DNA of 45,708 nucleotides. It comes from a virus. A model generated the notes under the pieces. The model worked only from the letters and a program-made list of their open reading frames with translations, did not search any database and was not told the origin of the DNA. The stretch is from the IMG/VR virus record IMGVR_UViG_3300028832_000024, one strand, 5' to 3'. Below, one piece after another: positions 1-9,317 of the stretch. A program made the position numbers and the translations under genes. Each line of letters starts with the position of its first letter. Positions within the stretch are counted from its first letter, which is position 1.

Positions 1-127
1 CGGTAAGATCGCAACCCACGGAAATTTCCAAATTAAGCCCGTAATTCATCGTGTTAGTGTAACCGATCAACCCAATATCGAACATTTCGGGGTATTCGGC
101 GAAATCGGCGGGGGCGTGGATTCCGAA
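1..127. repeat. 127-nt direct terminal repeat, identical to 45582..45708 (closure overlap of a circular or terminally redundant genome)
   Basis: Bases 1..127 (cggtaagatcgcaacccacgg...gtggattccgaa) recur exactly at 45582..45708, at the extreme ends of the window. Confidence 0.95.
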
Positions 128-1027
128 CGGCGACACTTGCAAATACTTTGTCATTTGCCGCCACGAATCAATCGAACCGCCTAAACAGGTTTGGCACGGT
201 TCGACGGACCAATCTTTCGAAACGTTCAACGCCCGCATTCCCACGGGCAATTCGTTTTGGTTGTAGCAAAGGAACCACGCGCCGCCCGCGTCGTTTCCGT
301 CGCCGTCCGCGCCGGGTATATACGGCAAATAAATGGGTTCGGACGGGGTAAACCATTGGAACCCGCCGTGGGTATTGGTAAACGTCAGTTCAATTTCGCG
401 CATTGGCGCAACTTGCGAAGAATGGAACAGGTAAAGTTTTACCGTTCCCGTGGCCCCGATCATTTGCAAACCGATCCGTTCGATTTTCGTTGTTACGCCC
501 ATTGCGCGGACGGGGACGATTTCGAAACCAACGATCTTTCCCGTTGGATCAATGGTCGCGGCCATTCGTGCGGCCCCGTCAAAGAACGTGCGACGTTCCA
601 ACAAATTCCGCGTTTCCTGTTGCAGTTGCTTTTCCTGTATGAACGTTTGAACGGCCGTATTGATCCCGTTAACGGTCAAGTTCCGCACAAAGTCCGAAAC
701 CATATTGTACGCCGCCCAATCGGGGTTGTTTTCAGTCGGGGCCGATCCTGTATTCGGATTGACGGCAACCCATACTTTCCCGCCGTGCTTGACCTTTACG
801 CCGACCGCGTACGGAATAGTATTCTTCCAATCGGGGTATTTATACAAGTAATCGTCCGGCATAATTGCGCGGACGTTCGCCAACGTGCAAAGCGGGTGCG
901 CCCCTTGAAACGTTAACCCGCTTTCGGATTGCGTCAACGCGTCGTCAATTTGATTTTGGGGGTTGTAATCCTGTTGCCAACCAACGACAGGCAATAACGC
1001 CGTTTGAATATCTTGTAAACGTATCAT
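1..1027 (-). CDS. N-terminal 342 codons of a 438-aa virion-module protein that wraps the window junction (continues 45581..45292); carries a CBM5/12-like aromatic motif
   Basis: ATG at 1027..1025. I checked the minus frame codon by codon and found no stop down to base 1. It is in frame (through the 127-nt overlap) with track ORF 45292..45666. It is missing from the ORF track only because it runs off the edge. It lies directly downstream of the capsid gene. Confidence 0.75.
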   Translation of the reverse strand, partial: MIRLQDIQTALLPVVGWQQDYNPQNQIDDALTQSESGLTFQGAHPLCTLANVRAIMPDDYLYKYPDWKNTIPYAVGVKVKHGGKVWVAVNPNTGSAPTENNPDWAAYNMVSDFVRNLTVNGINTAVQTFIQEKQLQQETRNLLERRTFFDGAARMAATIDPTGKIVGFEIVPVRAMGVTTKIERIGLQMIGATGTVKLYLFHSSQVAPMREIELTFTNTHGGFQWFTPSEPIYLPYIPGADGDGNDAGGAWFLCYNQNELPVGMRALNVSKDWSVEPCQTCLGGSIDSWRQMTKYLQVSPFGIHAPADFAEYPEMFDIGLIGYTNTMNYGLNLEISVGCDLT

Positions 1028-1082
1028 AAAAAGTTCGATTTCTTTACAGGTTTTCCGAACGTGCAAAAGTTCTTTACAAATG

Positions 1083-1116
1083 AAAAACGGGGACGGGGTT
1101 TTTGTTCCCGTCCCCG
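1083..1116 (-). terminator. Intrinsic terminator after the major capsid gene
   Basis: Minus-strand RNA CGGGGACGGG-AACAAAAAC-CCCGTCCCCG (10-bp GC stem, 1088..1097 / 1107..1116) followed by TTTTT (1083..1087). It lies 27 nt after the capsid stop codon. Confidence 0.8.
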
Positions 1117-1142
1117 CGTGGTTTGGTTTCAGTCAGTCCCGA

Positions 1143-2261
1143 TTAGGTGGTAATTGCCTGTGTCGGGACGGGGTTATCTTCCGTATTCACGATTTCCACG
1201 GGCGCGGCGAACGGGTTCGCGGTTCCGGGCGCGGCCAATTCAACCTTAATGATCGGGTTGGCAACGGTTTCGGGCGCGGAATTGTAGGCAACGAGGAACG
1301 CCACGTCAACGGAAAAACCGAAATATTCCTTGACGTTGCAAACCATATCGGCGGAAGCGGCCCCGGCGATGCCGGATTGGTCGCCAACGGCGGTATAGTA
1401 GTGGGAACCCACGGGCAAGTCAATGAACGGAAGCCGCACCACGTCCCATTCGTGGAAATTCGCACGGGTACGGGCAAGGGCTTCGCGGTCAACGCGGGTA
1501 AGGACGCCCACATTACCGTCGGCGACAACGTAACCCGTGGCGAACACGCCCTGTTCGTTGGTAATGTTGTTGGTATAGTGGAACACTTTGTTATCGTATT
1601 CCAAACGCTTGTTGACGTCGTTATAGATATCGTGTTCGGCCAACTTGCGGACCAACGAATCGAAGCCCGCGCCGCCGATAACGTGCAACATTTCGGGGTA
1701 GGCATTCGCCCGCATCATCGCGTTAAGATCGGAAAGGAATTCCATTCGCGCGATCCACGGAATTTGCACGGAATTCGACGTTACGGTGTAATACAATTGA
1801 TCCTTGAACACTTGGGTTTTGTTCGCTTCCAAAGCGGCGATTGCCAAAACGTCCATTGCGGTTGCAAGGGCGCGGCAAACCTTTTCCATTTTGCGGGCGA
1901 AATCGTGTTCGTAGGAAATTTCGTTGTTGCGGTACAGTTGCGGGACCATTGTGAAACCAACGGCCAACGTTACCCAATTCACGGTGTAAAGGGCGGACGT
2001 ATTTTCGTCGTCGCCAATGACACAGGAACGGACGTTGGACACGGTAACGTCGCCGTCGTAGTTAATGACGGGAATTTGAACCGTGTTGCCGATAGATTCG
2101 AACGCGCGGTCGCGCAAGTTCGGGTTAATAATGGAATTCGCGGCGTTGGTTTGTTCGATGAAGAAATCCAACGCGCCGTATTCCAACGGGCGGGCCATAT
2201 TCCGGTCGAATTCCGGATTTTCCACGCGCCAATTTTGCAAACGGGTTGCGATAAGGGACAT
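1143..2261 (-). CDS. Major capsid protein (putative)
   Basis: 372-aa ORF directly downstream of a coiled-coil scaffold-like ORF and the portal, followed by a strong terminator. Size and synteny are typical of an HK97-fold capsid gene. No motif-level proof. Confidence 0.6.
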   Translation of the reverse strand: MSLIATRLQNWRVENPEFDRNMARPLEYGALDFFIEQTNAANSIINPNLRDRAFESIGNTVQIPVINYDGDVTVSNVRSCVIGDDENTSALYTVNWVTLAVGFTMVPQLYRNNEISYEHDFARKMEKVCRALATAMDVLAIAALEANKTQVFKDQLYYTVTSNSVQIPWIARMEFLSDLNAMMRANAYPEMLHVIGGAGFDSLVRKLAEHDIYNDVNKRLEYDNKVFHYTNNITNEQGVFATGYVVADGNVGVLTRVDREALARTRANFHEWDVVRLPFIDLPVGSHYYTAVGDQSGIAGAASADMVCNVKEYFGFSVDVAFLVAYNSAPETVANPIIKVELAAPGTANPFAAPVEIVNTEDNPVPTQAITT

Positions 2262-2321
2262 AATGAAAAATGTTTTTAATGGTTAATGTTTGCCGGATTG
2301 ACCCGTTACCCGGTGGGATTG

Positions 2322-3272
2322 TTAGCGAATCGGCAACGCCTTGATTGCATCGCGGTTTTCTTTCCACGCTTGCGCCATTGCGTCGTCAAATTCTTTTGTT
2401 CCGTTGACCTTTCCTTGCGCCATTAATTGCTTTGCAATAATTTCGTGCGCTTCGTCTTGCGTACGTGCGCCCGAAAGATCAACAGTTCCGCCCGAACCTT
2501 GAATTTCTTTTCCGCCTTGCGATCCCGCCCCCGTTTGTTTGCGTCCTGTTTCCAACACACCCATTGTTGTAAGTTCTTTGGCGACAAGTTCGGCCGCCGT
2601 AAACGGGCGCAAATTGTTTTCGGGGTTTCGACGGGGCGTTCCGTTGTCCATAAATGCAAGGACCTTTCCGCCGTTACCGTCGTCTATATATTCGGGGTTC
2701 ATCGCCTTTACTTTGGCGACGGCCTGTTCAGTAAGGACGGACACGACGGACGCGGGCAAATCGGCCTTGAATTTCAATCCGGCGGTTGCTTTCGCAAATT
2801 CGCCGTCAATCTTCATTCCGAACAGGGCCTTTTCGTGTTCGGATTGGGCGTTGTCGTATTTGGTTTTCAATTCCGCGTATTCCCGCGTAACGTTCCCCAA
2901 ATCGGCCTTTGCCTGTTCCAAAGCGCGTTTTGTTTCAGCGTCCGCGCCACCCTTTGCGATTACCGATTCCAAACGCGCCTTTTCTTTGGTCAGTTCGGAA
3001 ATTTGGCTTTGCAGTTCGGTTGCGTTTCCCGCTTGCGCCTTGATTTCGCCAATTACCCGTTTGGCGTAATCGTAGGTTTTTTCGGTCCCGTTCTTTGCGA
3101 TCCCCGACGCGGCCAAAATATCCGCGTCTAATCCGCCGTAAATTTCGCCTGTCTTTTGGCCAATAACGGCGGTTTCGTCGTTCTTGGACATTTCGACCAC
3201 GGCGTTAATTTGTTCGTCCGAAAGGCCCGCCGTTGCGGAATTGCCTTTCAAAAGTTCGGTTGTTAGTGCCAT
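2322..3272 (-). CDS. Scaffolding protein (putative)
   Basis: 316 aa, rich in Ala/Glu/Lys with long heptad-like stretches (ELQSQISELTKEKARLESV, KADLGNVTREYAELKTKYDNAQSEHEK), immediately upstream of the capsid gene. Confidence 0.5.
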   Translation of the reverse strand: MALTTELLKGNSATAGLSDEQINAVVEMSKNDETAVIGQKTGEIYGGLDADILAASGIAKNGTEKTYDYAKRVIGEIKAQAGNATELQSQISELTKEKARLESVIAKGGADAETKRALEQAKADLGNVTREYAELKTKYDNAQSEHEKALFGMKIDGEFAKATAGLKFKADLPASVVSVLTEQAVAKVKAMNPEYIDDGNGGKVLAFMDNGTPRRNPENNLRPFTAAELVAKELTTMGVLETGRKQTGAGSQGGKEIQGSGGTVDLSGARTQDEAHEIIAKQLMAQGKVNGTKEFDDAMAQAWKENRDAIKALPIR

Positions 3273-3323
3273 AATTCTTTCCCTTTGAATTTGGTTTCAG
3301 TCTTTCACGGTATCGCCCACAGG

Positions 3324-3581
3324 TTACGCGGAAATGGTTTCCTGTGCGGTAACGGATTGCAAGGACGCGCCGCCGAAAACGAAAGTATAAGTCCGGGTCG
3401 TGCTTACGTCAGCATACGACGCGGAAATACACTTTGAAACGCCCACGGCGGAACGTTGCACCACGTCAAGAATTGTTCCGGCTTTGTAGCATTCGACCAA
3501 CTTTTTCTTTTGATCGTCGGTAAACGTCCCCAAAGTGGAAACGTCAATGAACAAATTGTCCTGTTGTGCGATTTGTGCCAT
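3324..3581 (-). CDS. Hypothetical head-module protein (85 aa)
   Basis: ATG-initiated ORF in the co-directional head gene block; no recognisable motif. Confidence 0.5.
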   Translation of the reverse strand: MAQIAQQDNLFIDVSTLGTFTDDQKKKLVECYKAGTILDVVQRSAVGVSKCISASYADVSTTRTYTFVFGGASLQSVTAQETISA

Positions 3582-3602
3582 AACTGTAACGGTTAATAGT
3601 TG

Positions 3603-4055
3603 TTATTCGGTTTCTTCTTTATCGGCCTTTTTACGGCCCTTTTTGGCGGGTTCGCCCTGTTCCTGTTCGTTGGCCTTTTCGCGGTCCGCAAGTGCTTTCG
3701 CAACGGCGGCGGCGACGGCCGCATCGAACTTTTCCTGTTCCGCCTTTTTCTTCGCTTCCGCTTCCGCTTTGGCTAATTCGGCGGCTTTGGCCTGTTGATC
3801 CTTAATCCACGCGTTCGGATCGTGCAAAATTAGGATTTCGTATCCCTGTTTGCGCAAACTGTCGGCGATATGGGATTCAAACGCTTTTTTCCCGAACTTT
3901 TGCACCCGTGGCGTTGAAATGCGCTTGCCTGTTTTCGGGTCAAATTGTTTGACCTCAATAACGGCGTGGTATGCACGTTCTTCGCCTTTGGGAACAATGT
4001 AGTTGTCCGGGGTTAGTCTTTCGATTGGGGTATCCCGCCCGTCTTTTGTTAACAT
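3603..4055 (-). CDS. Hypothetical head-module protein with K/E/A-rich C-terminal tail
   Basis: 150-aa ORF between portal and scaffold. The C-terminus AKAAELAKAEAEAKKKAEQEKFDAAVAAAVAKALADREKANEQEQ is low complexity and helical. Confidence 0.5.
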   Translation of the reverse strand: MLTKDGRDTPIERLTPDNYIVPKGEERAYHAVIEVKQFDPKTGKRISTPRVQKFGKKAFESHIADSLRKQGYEILILHDPNAWIKDQQAKAAELAKAEAEAKKKAEQEKFDAAVAAAVAKALADREKANEQEQGEPAKKGRKKADKEETE

Positions 4056-4077
4056 ACTATCCTTTCGGTTTTATTGG

Positions 4078-5820
4078 TTAAACATTGGCCACGTTCGGCG
4101 TTTGCTCTTGCGCATATTGCCGTAGTTGGTCAGTAATAATTTCGATCTTGCGTTGGTACGGTATTTCGATTCCAAAGTCCAAAATATTCGTGTTTTCGCG
4201 TTCAAATCTTCGCACAAAATTAGGAAAGTTTAACTTTATACGCAAATCTACGTCGGAAACAAGATTTTTTTCGTACAGTTCGGAAACCTCTTGCCGCGAC
4301 AAATGCCGATACGGTTCAAGTTCCGCAAGCAATCGCATTCGGCGCAATTGCGTTGGATCGTTTCGGTATTCCGTTTCTAAAATTTGGTTGGACATAACGT
4401 CCAATTCCGATTCGGAAACGCCCGCTTCCTTTGCGGTCCTGTACCGTTCCCGCAATTCGTCGGGGGAATACAGGTAAAATTCCGTTCCGTAATTGATTTG
4501 TGCCGATAAGAAATATTTTCCGTACCGCAAACGGCAAATCGTTTCGTCAACCCATTGTTGGGCGGCTTCGAAACCCTTTTTGACGCGGTTTAATACCGTT
4601 GTAACCGATTCGAAATTCGCGCGTACCTGTTGTTCGTTGAACGCGTCGCGGTTCGTTACGATTTCATCTTGACCAACAACGGCGGTAATGATTTCTTCCC
4701 GCAAGCGTTTTTGTTCTTCGACGTTATAATCCAACGATTCCCGATCAACTTTCAAGATTTGAACAGGGTTGCGCAAATCGGGTTGGTTTTCTTCCGCGTT
4801 CGGGACGGGAATTTCAACGAACGATCCCGCGCCGATAATCCGTTTGTTTCCGCATTTCGGGCAACGCAACAGTAATCCCGCCATATCCAAACGGTAATGG
4901 CCTTGCTTGTCGCGCAAGAATCCGCCGTCGCAATAATCGCCGTTTTCGGCGTTTGTGAAATCGCAACTTTGTTCATAACCCGAAAGAATGGGATACGCGC
5001 CCATTAGATCCAATTGCCGTTTTGAAATGTGGAAGAATTCGAACCAATCCAAACTTTCCAATTCGGCGGATAGCGGCGACGCCTTTACGTCGGGGTCCTC
5101 TAACGAAATCGGTTCGTTCCAAAAGAAACGGGCCGGGCAATAACCCAAATCGTGCGGGGCTTCGATTTTCGGCATACCGTTAATTTGTCCTGTATGCTTT
5201 TTGTCGTCCCAAACGCGGTAAGTTTCATCGTCCAACACTATAATTTCGTCCCGGCGGCGGAATACAATGTAATCCATTACGCCCGTCGTGTGGTCGGCCT
5301 TGTACGTAATAACGTCGTCAATGGGCAACCAATAGAAATACGGTTCGGGTAGATCGGTTGTTTGTTCCCTTGCTACGTCCACGATCAGCACGGAATTTAT
5401 TTCAGTCTTGAAGAATTCCCAACCTTTCGTGGACCATACGTTCGGTTCGTCCAACTTTTCCGCCCTGTACCGTTCCCAATCGTCCCGTTGTGCGGTATTG
5501 ACGAATTGATAATTAAACGCGGGGTTTCGGCCGTCAAAAATCCGGCTTAACTTGTCGAAGCAAATTTCGGTAATTTCGTTTGTCTTGACAGGATAGCGGA
5601 ATAGGGCCTTGAATAATACGAATTTGTCGTGTGGCAAGATATTTTCCGCCATTGCAAGAAATTGCGTTAGCGGAATGCTGATATACGGCGAATTGAACGT
5701 GGTAACGCGCTTAACCGTGTGAAACTTGATCCGCGATTGGTGCAGTTTTGCACGGTTAAGCACGTCGGCACGTCTATTTTCCGATATCCTTTTTCTTATT
5801 GCCGCGACGTCGTATCCCAT
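4078..5820 (-). CDS. Portal protein (putative)
   Basis: 580-aa ORF in the head module downstream of TerL and upstream of scaffold and capsid. Assigned by size and synteny only. Confidence 0.55.
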   Translation of the reverse strand: MGYDVAAIRKRISENRRADVLNRAKLHQSRIKFHTVKRVTTFNSPYISIPLTQFLAMAENILPHDKFVLFKALFRYPVKTNEITEICFDKLSRIFDGRNPAFNYQFVNTAQRDDWERYRAEKLDEPNVWSTKGWEFFKTEINSVLIVDVAREQTTDLPEPYFYWLPIDDVITYKADHTTGVMDYIVFRRRDEIIVLDDETYRVWDDKKHTGQINGMPKIEAPHDLGYCPARFFWNEPISLEDPDVKASPLSAELESLDWFEFFHISKRQLDLMGAYPILSGYEQSCDFTNAENGDYCDGGFLRDKQGHYRLDMAGLLLRCPKCGNKRIIGAGSFVEIPVPNAEENQPDLRNPVQILKVDRESLDYNVEEQKRLREEIITAVVGQDEIVTNRDAFNEQQVRANFESVTTVLNRVKKGFEAAQQWVDETICRLRYGKYFLSAQINYGTEFYLYSPDELRERYRTAKEAGVSESELDVMSNQILETEYRNDPTQLRRMRLLAELEPYRHLSRQEVSELYEKNLVSDVDLRIKLNFPNFVRRFERENTNILDFGIEIPYQRKIEIITDQLRQYAQEQTPNVANV

Positions 5821-5965
5821 TGTCTATAAATTCGTAATTACTGTTTGCCGTAAGTTCCCAACCGCCGTTATTCGGCATACGCAACAAACGTTCGGCGTGG
5901 GAAATTTCAAATTGGCGGGTAACGCCGTTTGCAACTAACGTTACCGTTGTTGTTTTGGCGTTCAT
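5774..5965 (-). CDS. Hypothetical small protein (63 aa)
   Basis: ATG ORF that fills the gap between the 220-aa gene and the portal; overlaps the annotated portal start by 47 nt. Confidence 0.4.
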   Translation of the reverse strand: MNAKTTTVTLVANGVTRQFEISHAERLLRMPNNGGWELTANSNYEFIDNGIRRRGNKKKDIGK

Positions 5966-5969
5966 ACGA

Positions 5970-6632
5970 TTAAGACGCGGGGACTAAATCGGTAAGCGGG
6001 TTAAAGTCGGTCGGCTTCACGATTGCAAGATCATCGGAATAGTTGTCGGGATATTGCCAACTAATCGCGTTGGAATCCTTTGCGTCGAAATTGCCGTGGA
6101 TCAGCGAACCGATAAACAGGGCGCGAATCGGGATCGGGTAATAGGTTGTAACGACAGGGTTGGTTCCTGTGGTTTCAGCCACACATTGAATGTTTCCGTT
6201 TTCGTCAAACAGGAACACGCCCAAATTGCCCGCGTTCGCTTCGCATTGCAATTCTTTCATAACCTTGATAACGGATTGCGGGATCGAACGCAATTGCCCG
6301 TCAAACTGAACGGGATTTCCGCCCAAAACCTCTGCAATACCGCCCAAATCATCGTTTCCGCCGGACGACATACGGGCGTCGCCGCCGGAATCAGCGGGGG
6401 CGTTGATATACGGGGATACAACGATTTTGCTACCGTCGGCGGCGGCAAGAAGCGCGGTCCACGACGCTTTCAGCAAGATAGACGCGGAATTGGTAAAACT
6501 GTTCCGCGTTCCGTCGGCCTTGCGCAAGCGTTGGAATGCAACTTTTTGAATTTGGCCGAAATTTTCCGAACAGGCAACGTTCGGAATGGTCGTCAGCGCG
6601 GACGCGGCCGGGCATTGGCAAACAAGCGACAT
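5970..6632 (-). CDS. Hypothetical structural protein (220 aa) with its own promoter-like box
   Basis: ATG ORF preceded by a 160-nt non-coding gap containing TACATTTG. Gly/Ser/Asn-rich and beta-type in composition. Function not recognisable; a tube or decoration role is possible but unsupported. Confidence 0.5.
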   Translation of the reverse strand: MSLVCQCPAASALTTIPNVACSENFGQIQKVAFQRLRKADGTRNSFTNSASILLKASWTALLAAADGSKIVVSPYINAPADSGGDARMSSGGNDDLGGIAEVLGGNPVQFDGQLRSIPQSVIKVMKELQCEANAGNLGVFLFDENGNIQCVAETTGTNPVVTTYYPIPIRALFIGSLIHGNFDAKDSNAISWQYPDNYSDDLAIVKPTDFNPLTDLVPAS

Positions 6633-6694
6633 AATTTTGAATTTTAGTTGGTTAACAATGTTTCAACGGTTGACCCTTGACCGCCTTTCAAGTG

Positions 6695-6702
6695 CAAATG
6701 TA
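6695..6702 (-). promoter_or_regulatory. Candidate -7 box TACATTTG upstream of the 220-aa gene
   Basis: Minus-strand TACATTTG matches the Bacteroidota TAnnTTTG consensus. It lies in the only sizeable gap of the head module. No well-spaced TTTG -33 element. Confidence 0.3.
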
Positions 6703-6792
6703 ATTATTTTTTCGAAAAATCGCCTACAATCGAATTTCTTTTCAAAAATGGGTAATTCCTTATCTTTTCAAAGAAACGCCCTTATACGGCCA

Positions 6793-9309
6793 TTAATGGA
6801 CCCGTACGCCCCGCGACATTGCGTTGTACGGTTTGGTATTCCCGTCGGCAAGTTCCTTTTCGTAAATTCCTGTCAGCCCGTCCGCGTCGTCGTCGTGTTC
6901 GTTCGCGTCGAACTTGCGCAAGAATCCCGTAACGTGCTTGTAAAACGCGGGGTAACGCGTTTCCCACCCGAACGGCATTATTATTTGCTGATTCACAAAC
7001 GGGGCGTTCGTTACGATACGCGATTCTTTGTTTTGGCCTTGATAGAACGGGACCGTTAACGCCCGAATTTTTTTCTTTACGTTTTTTTCGAATTGCGATC
7101 CGCCGTTGTTCGATTCGATCCAAACTTTTTGGACGCCGTTTCCGTTGATCAGTCGCGGAACGGTTACTGTCGTAACGTCCGTTGATTCGTCCGTAAATTC
7201 AATATCCGTTATTAGCGCAAACAACAACGGTTCGAACCGCTTGTTATGTTCGTTCCAAATTTGGTTTTCCGAACGGACTATATCGTACGACGCCGCGAAC
7301 AAAAAGTCGTCCCCTTGATCCGCGACGTCCACGTAACAACCCGAACGGATATATTGGCCGTAATCATCTTTGTTTACCCACGTCTTGAACGGTTGATACA
7401 ACAACGCGGTTGCATCGCCGGGGTTTCCTTGATACAAGCACTGAAAACCCACGGGGTCCAAATTTTTAGCGGCCAACAGGCGTTCCAAAGAATGACGCGC
7501 GGGCCACAACGGTTGGCCCGCTTCGCGCCCGTCTATTTCCGTGGGCGTCCCCGTCTTGATCGCTTCGAAATTTACCAATACCCACGCGCCCGCCGGTATG
7601 TTGTCGAAATCTTCCCACTTTTCGGCGACGATTACCTGTTCGGATTCAAGTATTTTGCCGATTATATCTTCGGGGTGCCAACGGGTAAATACAATCAGTT
7701 GTTGCGAATCGTTATGCAATCGTGTTTGTGCAACCTTTGTGTACCAATCCCACGCCGTCGCCCGAATTTGCGGGCTATTCGCTTCTAACGAATCCTTATA
7801 AAGATCGTCGAAAATCATAACGTCAACGGTTTTAGACGTCAGCGAACCGCCACGGCCCACAACGCGCAACGATCCTGTATGGTTTACGATTTCGAAAACG
7901 TCCGAATTCCGCAAATAGTTGTTTGCAACAGTTACGACGTTAGATCCATTCAAACAAGTTTCGGGGAATACGCCGTGGTATTTCTCGTTATCAATCAGTC
8001 TTTGAACGTCGCGGTTAAAGTCTTTGGCAATTGTAGCCGCGTACGAACAAATGCAAATGCGCAAATCGGGATAAAGCCCCAACATTTCGGCCGGTAGGAA
8101 TCTACTTGAACCTTGCGAATTATGCGTCGGTACAAGTTCATACCCCGCAAGATAAATCCCGCCGTCAACCTCAATACAATTTACGTTCGCTTCGCCGTAT
8201 TCCGTTACTGAATCAATGAAAAACCGCTTTTTATCGGGCCGATCCGAACACGTTTTATTTTCCAAACGCAATTGTTTTCGCGGAATATCGAAGATCCTGT
8301 CGGTGCGATCCGGATTAAACATAATACGTACTTTGTTCCCGCAATCTTTACCGTATAGGCGGGCAACGTATTTATGCCGTGTTGCTTTATAACCCAACGA
8401 TCGCAACAGTAAGTAAACGTCGTTTGCCAAAATGCCGTCCTTTTGACAAAATTCGCACGTCCCACGGGTATTTATATAACCGTCCGTGTCCATTAATCCG
8501 CGCAATAATTCGCGCCTACTTTCAGCGTCGGCCAATAAATATTCGGCGGGTATATGTTTATTGAACAAAACGCCAATTTCCCGCAATTTCCGTGTTTCAA
8601 GTCCTTTCAAATGAACACGAAAAGCGGTTTTGTCTTTTTTAATTTCTATCGCATATTGCCGTAAATGTTCTATATCTTCCGCGCCGCAAGAAATCCATTT
8701 ATCGAATTTGTTGCCGTCGCCCAACCATACGCCCAATAAATACGGATCAATAGGCAAAACCCGTTTCGGCATTTCGATAATTGCATCGGCGGGAATAAAA
8801 GGATTGCGCCGATTCCGTTTCGCAAAAATGTTTTGCGTTTCTACAATTTCACGAACACGGCCTTTGTGGTTATCGTGGTCAGCATATACGACCCATTCGT
8901 GTTGACGGGCGGCAATCAAACTGAACCCGTCGGCAAAATTCACGAATTGCGATTCACATTTATATACCCCGCTATTCCATTTTACGCGCCGTGGTTTCCC
9001 GTCCCCGCCGAAAACAAAATCGCCGGGCTTTAAATCCCCGTGTCGCTTCCAACCTGTTGTCGTAAGTACGGGCGTATCGTATCGCAATGCCTTGCCGTGT
9101 TGCGGCGGGGCCTGTATAATCAGTTTCCGTATTTGTTGCTTTGCGAACTTGTCTAATACCCTGTAATACGCTTTGTGAAACGGCGTTGGTTGGAAATTTG
9201 GGTCCATATATTGCGCGAACCATAAAAGATTCCGCCGCGCCCCCTCTTGCAAAAACAATTCGGGGTGCGTGGCCAATGTTCGCGTTATTTGCATCGTGTC
9301 AACGTCCAT
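6793..9309 (-). CDS. terL: Terminase large subunit interrupted by an intein (514-aa extein + 324-aa intein)
   Basis: Removing residues 74..397 restores the Walker A loop QAPPQHGK|S. Walker B-like VDVMIFDDLYKD follows, with a nuclease-sized C-terminal half. The gene sits upstream of the portal. Confidence 0.85.
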   Translation of the reverse strand: MDVDTMQITRTLATHPELFLQEGARRNLLWFAQYMDPNFQPTPFHKAYYRVLDKFAKQQIRKLIIQAPPQHGKALRYDTPVLTTTGWKRHGDLKPGDFVFGGDGKPRRVKWNSGVYKCESQFVNFADGFSLIAARQHEWVVYADHDNHKGRVREIVETQNIFAKRNRRNPFIPADAIIEMPKRVLPIDPYLLGVWLGDGNKFDKWISCGAEDIEHLRQYAIEIKKDKTAFRVHLKGLETRKLREIGVLFNKHIPAEYLLADAESRRELLRGLMDTDGYINTRGTCEFCQKDGILANDVYLLLRSLGYKATRHKYVARLYGKDCGNKVRIMFNPDRTDRIFDIPRKQLRLENKTCSDRPDKKRFFIDSVTEYGEANVNCIEVDGGIYLAGYELVPTHNSQGSSRFLPAEMLGLYPDLRICICSYAATIAKDFNRDVQRLIDNEKYHGVFPETCLNGSNVVTVANNYLRNSDVFEIVNHTGSLRVVGRGGSLTSKTVDVMIFDDLYKDSLEANSPQIRATAWDWYTKVAQTRLHNDSQQLIVFTRWHPEDIIGKILESEQVIVAEKWEDFDNIPAGAWVLVNFEAIKTGTPTEIDGREAGQPLWPARHSLERLLAAKNLDPVGFQCLYQGNPGDATALLYQPFKTWVNKDDYGQYIRSGCYVDVADQGDDFLFAASYDIVRSENQIWNEHNKRFEPLLFALITDIEFTDESTDVTTVTVPRLINGNGVQKVWIESNNGGSQFEKNVKKKIRALTVPFYQGQNKESRIVTNAPFVNQQIIMPFGWETRYPAFYKHVTGFLRKFDANEHDDDADGLTGIYEKELADGNTKPYNAMSRGVRVH
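8119..9090 (-). mobile_element. Intein (324 aa) with LAGLIDADG homing endonuclease, class 3-type signature
   Basis: Block A ALRYDTPVLTTTGWKRHGDL (Ala1 instead of Cys/Ser). Block B ARQHEW (His, then Trp two residues later). Two LAGLIDADG motifs: LLGVWLGDGN and LLRGLMDTDGY. Block F VNCIEVDG (Cys where class 1 inteins have Asp). Block G LVPTHN followed by Ser+1. Confidence 0.85.
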
Positions 9310-9317
9310 TATTCAGT

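Noticed and set aside
1080-2279. Long plus-strand ORFs antisense to structural genes (also 191..916, 15223..16074, 38141..38953, 41288..42040 and others)
   Set aside because: These are shadow ORFs opposite well-supported minus-strand genes (capsid, ATPase, tail protein, tape measure). They have low-complexity Arg/Gly/Val-rich translations and no promoter or coupling signals.
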